A stretch of 40,181 bases of DNA from Catajapyx aquilonaris (Eukaryota): NCBI GenBank assembly GCA_000934665.2, contig KZ538919.1, forward strand, positions 1 through 40,181, written 5' to 3'. The translations under genes were made by a program, and so were the position numbers. Positions 31,988-40,181 of this stretch are shown piece after piece. Position 1 is the stretch's first letter, and each line of letters starts with the position of its first letter. Under the pieces are notes generated by a model. It saw only the letters and a program-made list of their open reading frames with translations, ran no database searches and had not been told where the DNA came from.

Positions 31988-32592
31988 TATGAACTAAAAT
32001 TGAGGTGAAGATGATTACTGCAAACAACCTACATGTTTGTAGAATGTTACTGTTGGAATATTATTTTATTAACACTTTCGGAACTTCTATATTTTTCTCA
32101 TATGGGGGATCGCAAAAAAAAGGGTATTGGTTCATTTTATTGATATGTAGAAGACAAAATTTTGCTGCAGCTGGTTCTGATATGCATGGCTGTAGAGGTT
32201 GGGATTACTCCGGAAAAGAACTCTTGATGCAGCTACACCCTACACGTGGATGAAAGCTTTTCCAGAGGTACCCACATGAAAACGCATGTGCAAGGAGGGG
32301 ATAGATAGCTGCTTGCATGATGTTACGTGCAAGTGATGATGTAATGTGTATGGCAAGGGGAACAATAAGAATCTGAGCTTCCATGTATTCTATGCAATGG
32401 CCTCCTACATATGCACAAAGAGGGACAGTTGGGTTATTGTACACATTATGGATGTCATATGATTTGAACATACTAATAGGAAGGGGGTTAAATTATGTCA
32501 GATTTATGAGAAATGTGAGGTTGTGACACTTTCTTACGGAATGGCCATAGCAAGAACAGTGTGTTTGTATAACGAATTGACTCATAGAGGCC

Positions 32593-32928
32593 TTTTTTTT
32601 TTTTACGTTACCCCGTGCTAAGGCTTAGCCCTTTTAGGGGGGTGGGATACCACCATTTTCACTCCTAAACTTCATACACCGGTGCAAGGAGACAAGGATG
32701 TAGGGTAGGGATAGGGATTTTTTGGGGAGGGAACATTGGTGCAAGGGCAATGTCGGTAAAGGGGTCATGTGCTGTTCCCCAGGAGGTTAGGTTGCCAGAC
32801 ACCTCCTTGGTGCAGGTCAGAGACCCTCCTGACGCAGGTGAAAGGAAAGTTCCCCAGGCGGGGATCGAACCTGGAGCCTTTCACTCAGCAAGCCGTGACG
32901 TTACCATCACGGCCACCACACCTCCCCC
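32593..32928 (-). mobile_element. tRNA-derived SINE, family A, copy 2 (full length)
   Basis: Reverse complement is nearly identical to 7459-7790, with a poly(A) tail. TSD GACTCATAGAG at 32579-32589 and 32929-32939. Confidence 0.92.
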
Positions 32929-33325
32929 GACTCATAGAGACATTGCAGTCACAGTTCGTGAACAATGGACAAACTAATGTTCCTGTGTTGCGGGCATTAC
33001 AGATGTTAACAGATAGGCACAGCTATGACAGCACATTCCTTAACAGGCTTTTGAAGTGGATTTGAAATGAAGGATGTGAAAAAATAATGAGCTTTCACTC
33101 TGGTAGACATTCGATTAGAAGGTTTCTAGGCAATCGTTTCAAGTGAATGCACATTAAATTTTTGCACACTGTGTATGGAAATGCATATCATGAGAAACAG
33201 CACCACCAAACTCATAGGTATTTTAGAATGACTAGGAGAGCAAAACAGGTGATGTTACAGGTTCTTTATACGAATGGAGACTATAATAATAATTGGAGGA
33301 TAGTCATTTAAACAGAAAACATATA

Positions 33326-33426
33326 CAGTAGACTCCGGATATAAGAGACTTCAAGGGACTGCAGAAATCAGCGTGCTATAATTGAGGGTTGCTTTTAGCC
33401 GAGACTCTTATATCCAGAGTCAACTG
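33326..33426. mobile_element. Short Tigger/pogo-like MITE
   Basis: TA|CAGTAGACTCCGGATATAAGAGACT ... AGACTCTTATATCCAGAGTCAACTG|TA. Confidence 0.8.
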
Positions 33427-34522
33427 TATTTGCCAACAATAATCTAGTCATAAACCAACTGAGTACAATGAGTATGAATTTCTTCCATGATACAAGAAGT
33501 ACCGTAACTTGCCCTCAAGTAGAATGAGTGTGTTGTCCCTGCATGAATACTATAAACTTGAAATGTCAGGGCTACATCCACGTAATGAAGCTTACACATC
33601 TTGGGAATTTCCAGAACGTCGCATTGCTTTCCCACAGGTATTTAAGCTTAAGCTTGGATACACTGACAGCTAATAGGCAGCTTTCAAAACGAAGTACAGT
33701 TGTCATGTGGCAAGCCCAACTTGCTGCATGAACAAGTGAATCGAAGTTGATGATGGCTGCCTGTCACGTCTTGATGTCTGTCCAGATCAGCCCCTTCACT
33801 GTACCTCCTATACTACATTGTATGAAACACGGAACATGACAGGAAGTGATTGGGAAAGCTTCAAGGCAGGTGTTGCAACATCTTCTTTGGAAATCTCTAT
33901 TCTCCGTCTCCTTTGATTTAGCATTCATCCAACCAATGCAATGGTGCTTACCGAGATGTGATAATTTAATTCGAAGCCAATGGCACTTTAAAATTTTAAT
34001 TAGTGGTTTATGTATGTAGTTTCAAACCTTCGTAATTAATAATCAAGATTTAAGCAAATTAGTTTCTCCTCCTGTACACCTCATGCCACAGCACAATTTG
34101 TCACCCGCATGCAATACTTTCACTTGTTTTCAAAATTTCAAATAGAAGTATAGAACTGAGAACAATACCTTCCTGTAATTTATACACGTACATTATTATG
34201 CACCCGAACCGTTCTTAAAACAATAATTTGATAGTGTTAGGGAGAAAATGTGTAGGGTGTCATTATCACATACTGTACAATGGGCCAAAAAAATCTCATT
34301 TGCCTGCTCCTATCTAGCACTGAGTAATTGACGCCCCTCAAAAGGAAGGCCGTATTTTTCTACAAATAACGATTATCATCCGACATGGAGAAAAACCAGT
34401 GTTGAATCAGCAGAGAAAACTGGTTGTAGGTAGCGCCTGCGGAGTATACTCCCCGTGAGACAAGGATGAGATTGCCTACAAGCCAGGATCAGCTCCCTGT
34501 ACCTCTTCCCCCCCCCCACCCC

Positions 34523-34532
34523 NNNNNNNNNN
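34523..34532. other. Assembly gap within a poly-C tract
   Basis: 10 N flanked on both sides by similar CTCT-poly(C) runs; the true length is unknown. Confidence 0.98.
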
Positions 34533-35531
34533 CTCTCCCCCCCCCCCCCCCCAATCTTCCTAAAGTCTAGTGTTTCTAGGTACGAGGTACTTATCGTACG
34601 TATAAAGCAATGTGATTTGCCATTTTACATAATGCTTGAAAATATGTCTGCTGTGGAGGGAAGTAATAAAGGTGTATCCACATTTTCGCATGGTTTTCAC
34701 GTAATATTTTATTTGGCGGCGAAATCAATGGTGCCGTATGACATGAAGCACATGCCATGATTGTATCATAACAAGAACACAACAATTACGTAGGTCTTCG
34801 CTTATTATGAATGTCAGACGTACCGATAACATTATTTTATACCCTGAACACATAACCGTATAAAAGCAAATACAAACTACACCTTTGAATTAACCTAACA
34901 CATGTGTATACGAATCGAGATGAAAAGGTTGATTTTACCAAAAACCTTTTATGAATCCAACCAACCCAGAATAATATTGCCTCGGTCATTTGTATAGCAT
35001 AATTATGTGAACCCTTGCAGAGATTGTTGCCACCCTCTGTCTGGGCTGCTCATACGAGTCCGCAATCAGATAATGCGGTGGGTGGCATCAGTCTTTTTGT
35101 TGATTCTCCAATGTCATGTTTTGAGTCACAAGCTTTTCAGAGTTTAAGCTTGTTATTGAACCAGATTAGGTTTGAATTATTGTTTGGCTAGCACCAGGGC
35201 ACCATGTACGAGTATTTGTTGCGATCTTACATAAATAGTCAAAGGCGATAATATTATTATACGCCTCTACAGCAGAAGCTCAATAAGCAAAGAATACAGA
35301 GATGATTGTATTCGAGTGCTCTGTATCTATCTGGAAGGATATTACCTTATATTATGACCTTGCCTTCCTTCAGTACCGTAGTTTTATTCTGCATGTGACA
35401 ACTAGTGCGATAATATTATTATTAAATTCAGAAACTTTTGACATTTTGGATTTTCAGTTACCCCCAACTCATTACCGCACGCTCTTCTACACTGACAGTG
35501 AGTAGTACCATCATGTTTGGCCACAGTTTAA

Positions 35532-38376
35532 TCACAGTATCGTGCACCAATAGCTATTCTGCTGGCTCAACTCCTCCTCCTCCTCATCGTCGTCGTCATC
35601 CTCCATGTAATCCTCGTCATCGTCATCAAAGTCAAACTTGTTCTCATGAACCTCACTCTTCTGCGATAGCCAGTGACCGTGGCTGTGGTGGTTATGATGC
35701 GTCCCCGACTCTTGGTAGGCCCTGAACCTCATCTGCCTCTGTGTGTCGCTGTGTCTCCTCATAGCATCCGGGTCCCATATGTCCACCTCAGCCGCCGAGT
35801 CGTAGTCTCTCTCGCGCAGGTAGTGAAGCAATTCCTCCAGCAGCGGACTCCCACGAGCGTCGCGGAAGTCCAGCACTTCCCGTCCGTCCATGTCCAGGGT
35901 GTGCTCGGAGCAGCCAGAGTCCAGCAGGTGAGATCTGATGGCCAGCGAGGACTCAGTGTCGCGCAAAGCGTAGGCGTAATGCAAGGCTGTGCGTTGGTAC
36001 TGGTCGCGTATGGTGTCTAGAGGCACTGTTCGCTCGGGTGTCAGTATGGCAGCGACCACCTCCGCGCACGAGTAGAGGACAGCGATGTGCAGTGCTGGCA
36101 TACCGTCACCCTGTCGGAACAAACAGTTACCAATCATAAAGCACACGCTTGGCCACGCTGTACTTACCTTAATTCTTCCCTCGAGGGCTAAATCAATTTG
36201 ACAATTGTACTGAAACCTCATATTGCCCAGAGTGTCCACGTCCCCTTCGCTGGCAGCCACTGCTACCGAATGCATCGCGTCCTGTACCGATTCTACCGTT
36301 CCCAGGAACCTGACGACATCTTCGCTGCATACGCTGGAGAGGGCGTCAGGCACGTGTATGGGTTCGAAACCTCCCGCAACCAGCGCTTCGCGGTACCCTG
36401 AATACTCCAAGGGGTCACAGATCCACTTGTAAACCACCTCGTCCAGAGCTTCGATCAGGTCTCGTCGGTGAAGCCTGATAGCCATGTCCCTCGCCGTTTC
36501 ATTTTGGCATGTCCTGGAGCACAGCAGTTTAGGTCCACCGGCTTCCAAAATGGAGCTGATAGTTTCTGGTCCTAGTCCTGATCGAACAGCCACGTGGAGC
36601 AGCGTGGAGCCACGGTACGTCACTAATGACAGGTTCACGCATCGTGGCACAGTGTACGCCGGCTTTGGGTGGTTGATCGCAGTTGGTATCAGCGCTGATG
36701 AGTGAGGCAAAGGGATCGTTGGCACAACAGCTTTTTGAGCAAATGGTAAATTTTGAATGACGGTTGGATCATCCTCCATAGCCACCTGGTTCGACCGAGG
36801 AAGCATGGCCTGAACTAATTCGCCGGCGGAAGAACTGACTTCTATCAACGTGACGAAGATGACGGGCATGTCCCTTCCGTCCTCGTCCTGCAACATGGCG
36901 CAGGGGTTGGCTCCATGTGCGCAGAGGGTCTGAACCATTTTAGACCTGCCCCGACGAAGAGGAAAATACAGCAACGGAGCCGCCCGATGCCCTAAGTGTC
37001 GTACATCCAAGTTGACACGAGGTCGGATGTCGGAGCTCAAAAAATCGGCTACTGACGTAATGTCGTTTGCTAGCACATGGTGTACCACACGCTGAAAATG
37101 TGAAAAGTGCAATAACTTCTCTGGCCAGTTGTTACTTCTTGTACAAGTACATTGCTCACCATTGTTGGAATAGCTCCAAGGATCATCCCCATGACCAGGT
37201 CATTCCTGGTCTCCACCGCCGCCTGCCTGAGAGAGATCCCATCCCTGACCAGATCCGTCTTGCACCAGAGACTGAGCAGCCTCCGAAGGTCCTCGGTCCT
37301 CTCCTCCTCCACTGCCCTCCACATCCCAGGGGCGTAAGTGTCCAACGACTGCATGACCCTCCGAGCACAAGGCACGCAACCCCCTGTCTCCTGCTCGTGC
37401 TCGTACAGCAGCATGTCCAACGAGCCAGAGTTGGCCGTTCTCTCCAGCGAAGGGGCCTCAGGGTCCTCTCCCCAGGCACAGGCACTGGTGCTCTCAGTCA
37501 TGACGTTGCTGTAGATGTGGCACCGAGACGTGGTCGGGTGGCACTGCTGGACGCATCGGAAGCTTGGCTTTCCGTTGGCTGCTTGGAGGATTTCCTCGTA
37601 TAGGGACAGGGCGTTGCACTCGGCGTACATGTCTGCACCGCACTGGAGGAGGACCTCGCACATTTCGGAGTCGCCTCTGCGGGCTGCCAGGTGCAGGGGA
37701 GTCGTTCCCCATTGGTCGGCGTGGTTGACCTCTGACCCGGAGTCGGTCAGCATGTACACCAGGTCCAGGCGGTCCTCGGAGTTGGGAGGGAGGCATGATA
37801 TCACTCGCAGGAGTTCGCCACCAATCTGTCAAGTGAATAATCAGCAGTTCATACGGCAGCATGACCCCTCCAATCCCGACAGGGTCATGTGAGCCCATGC
37901 ACATGTTTGGCGATAGCTTAGTGATTAGACTATTTTTGTTCCGGGTTTACCTAGACCATTTTCAGTTAATTAATTATATGGCCTACCGTATTGTGTTTGA
38001 CCCAGATTTGTAAATGACCCCGCCGCGTCTTCTTCATCCCCACTTTTACATAATTATGTGTGGTTGCTATTGTCTACTGGCAGGAAATATGAGGCTATAA
38101 ATGTCGTGCTGCACTGCAGTTGGTGTTACATTATTGAATGGAGTGCTATTATTGCACTTACTGTCTGAATGGTGTCATGCAGGTCCGTACTTCCGCGCCA
38201 TTGGTCGAGTACGGATCGAACAGCAGATGAATCGGCGGATAACACGGCATCTTGCAGTGTGTCCAAACATACATTGGTCTCTGCCAATGGAATTATTGGA
38301 CAGTCACAAACTATATGCTCCAAGTACCTCAAATTTAAGTCTTACCTCCGTTACGTCCACGTGACATTTCAGGCAT
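35532..38376 (-). CDS. Uncharacterised ankyrin-repeat protein with acidic tail and C-terminal CaaX (CTIL), about 772 aa
   Basis: Exons 38376-38346 (start tentative), 38280-38162, 37825-37160, 37091-36168 and 36110-35532. All introns are GT-AG and phase-consistent; total 2319 nt. Ankyrin motifs include DQWGTTPLHLAARRGDSEMCEVLLQCGAD, GSTLLHVAVRSG, GMPALHIAV and DQYQRTALHYAY. Further upstream exons cannot be excluded. Confidence 0.85.
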
Positions 38377-40181
38377 CAGTCTGGCGAACCGTAGGAGCGG
38401 CCTGCGTTCAGTTATTCTAGGGAGGTGCCATATTCAAATCGATCTTAGTCGATGCGGCAGTGGGTGAACAGAGTCGGTGCAGACTGTGCATGGGTTGGAT
38501 GCCATATCTGGTCCACTCCTGCATTTCCTACCGGTAGATGTCCGCAAAAGGCCTGTTCGAGCATGGTAGCGTACCACTAGGATGCGTCCAGTGCAACTCT
38601 GGTCTGCTCTAGAAAACTTACTAATGTACATGATATTTTATTTGCACAGACTTATGGTTTCGCGTGTTGTTCCTACTTAAGTTGCTGAACTCTCAAATGA
38701 GTACAGCAGGAGAAAATATGTCAGATGTATTATTCACATGAACTGAAAAGTTAGTTGCCTAGACCTGTAGTATTATCGGTACTTTTTAATACTTTATTAA
38801 TATTAATCTATACCACCAGCTTGACCCAAGTCCTAGTGATTTTGACCTCTTTCCAAAAGACGGAGCCAATGTGGGGACAGATCCTCACACGGACTGAACC
38901 AGCAGAACTCTCTTCTTGCAGTTATTCTCCATAGTCTGATAATCTGCGGGATCAGAAATGAAGTTCTGGATATAGCTAATCTTGGTGAATGAGAGGCAGC
39001 TCCCTTCTTCCCCCGCGTCAGATGAAATTTCAGCCAAACACCTATCAGTTTTCGTAAATGAATCGAACTGCTCTGAAAACTTTATTAATTGGAGGAGGAC
39101 GGGCTGCAGAGGATCAACACTTTGAGAATCTTTGCCAGCTAAGAAAGTACGGGACTAAGGCCTGTAACGTGCAGTACGAGTTGTAACTTTCATGATAATT
39201 TTGTTTATTTCTTGTCACCATGGGAGAGTGTCTGCACTAGAAGACAACACAATATAGTGTACGCATTTCAGTATGTCACCCGAAATTTTTAATCACATTC
39301 TCTTTCAAGCACAAGATTTAGAGGGCAATGAGGGTATACTTCCGTACAGTAATGAACCCAGAAACGTATTTAGTGGGCTGAAGGAGAGAGATAGAAAAAC
39401 CAAGGAAAAAAGACTTGCCTGCTCAGAAATCGGATTATCTCTTCAAGTAATCAGCTTATTTGTGACCGATACCAGCGAAGCTCACTGCGTTTCACTCCGC
39501 AGTACATGCTCCTAAAAGATTAAGGTAACAGCCAATTAAAGGTGATGTATTGGATTCGGCTCATTATTTGTTGCATGTAGTACGATAGGGACCTCATGCT
39601 ATTTCCACTTCTTGATTTCAAAGAGCAGGTCCTCAACAAGTACAAAAAGACAGGAAAAAACAACACTATTCCGATCAAAGAAAACTATGTCTGCGAAGAG
39701 GCACAATCGAGGTGTAGGTTTTATGCAATTCTGAATGTAGTGGGGGAGGAAAAACTTCAAAGGAAACGTGTATTCGTCCTGAGGAGAAATTGCTAGAGTG
39801 TGTACTTCTCTCCGCTGACTTCTTTGAAGTTTTTAGACCTATTTGTGCAAGAAACATGGCCAGATAATTAATTTCAAGCTATTGTCCACCAACATTTCAA
39901 AAGACGAGATCAAAGCAGAAGAAGTAGCGAAATATTGTAAAAACCTACGATTCCTGCAGGTTGTGACACTTTTCCATGTGGAGTGACTGTTACTGCTGGT
40001 ACTGCATTTTCCAACTCAGAGCTACCAATAGGACATTAAATTCCCATCTTTTAATAATTCTGGCTTATCTATTCTATTATACAGCTGTTTATCCAATAGT
40101 GCAGTCATTTTATGAAAATTAGGTAAAAAAATCCTTACAAGCAAGAGATTTGGTGTATGTGTAGTATTTGATCACCCTTGT

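Noticed and set aside
33572..33928. Minus-strand frame open for about 117 codons apart from one TGA (selenoprotein or readthrough?)
   Set aside because: Not protein-like, with no homology, redox motif or evident SECIS element.
34420..34486. 14-bp hairpin CTGGTTGTAGGTAG/TTGCCTACAAGCCAG
   Set aside because: Stem too short and loop too large for a pre-miRNA; no other support.
38885..39193. Minus-strand open stretch of about 90 codons upstream of the ankyrin gene
   Set aside because: Interrupted by TAG after its ATG, no recognisable domain, and no convincing in-phase splice to the gene.

Overview
Eukaryotic, intron-rich genomic DNA from an arthropod, most likely a hexapod; the species cannot be determined. 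Reading splice sites by hand gives five protein-coding genes. (1) The 5' part of a furrowed-like sushi/CCP cell-surface gene (minus strand, runs off the left edge). (2) A complete 7-exon Nup153 (plus, about 1310 aa, three RanBP2-type zinc fingers), transcribed divergently from it. (3) COX6C (minus) and (4) PHF5A (plus), head-to-head around a DRE-containing promoter. (5) An uncharacterised ankyrin-repeat protein of about 772 aa ending in a CaaX motif (minus). Nup153 introns are dense with transposon relics, including a four-layer nest whose outer element resembles mammalian Tigger4/Zombi. Four tRNA-derived SINE copies from two families carry target-site duplications (TSDs) and share a covarying 3' stem-loop. 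There is one 10-N assembly gap. No CRISPR, rRNA or genuine tRNA gene was found, and nothing here clearly amounts to a new biological system. Family assignments rest on remembered sequences, not database searches.
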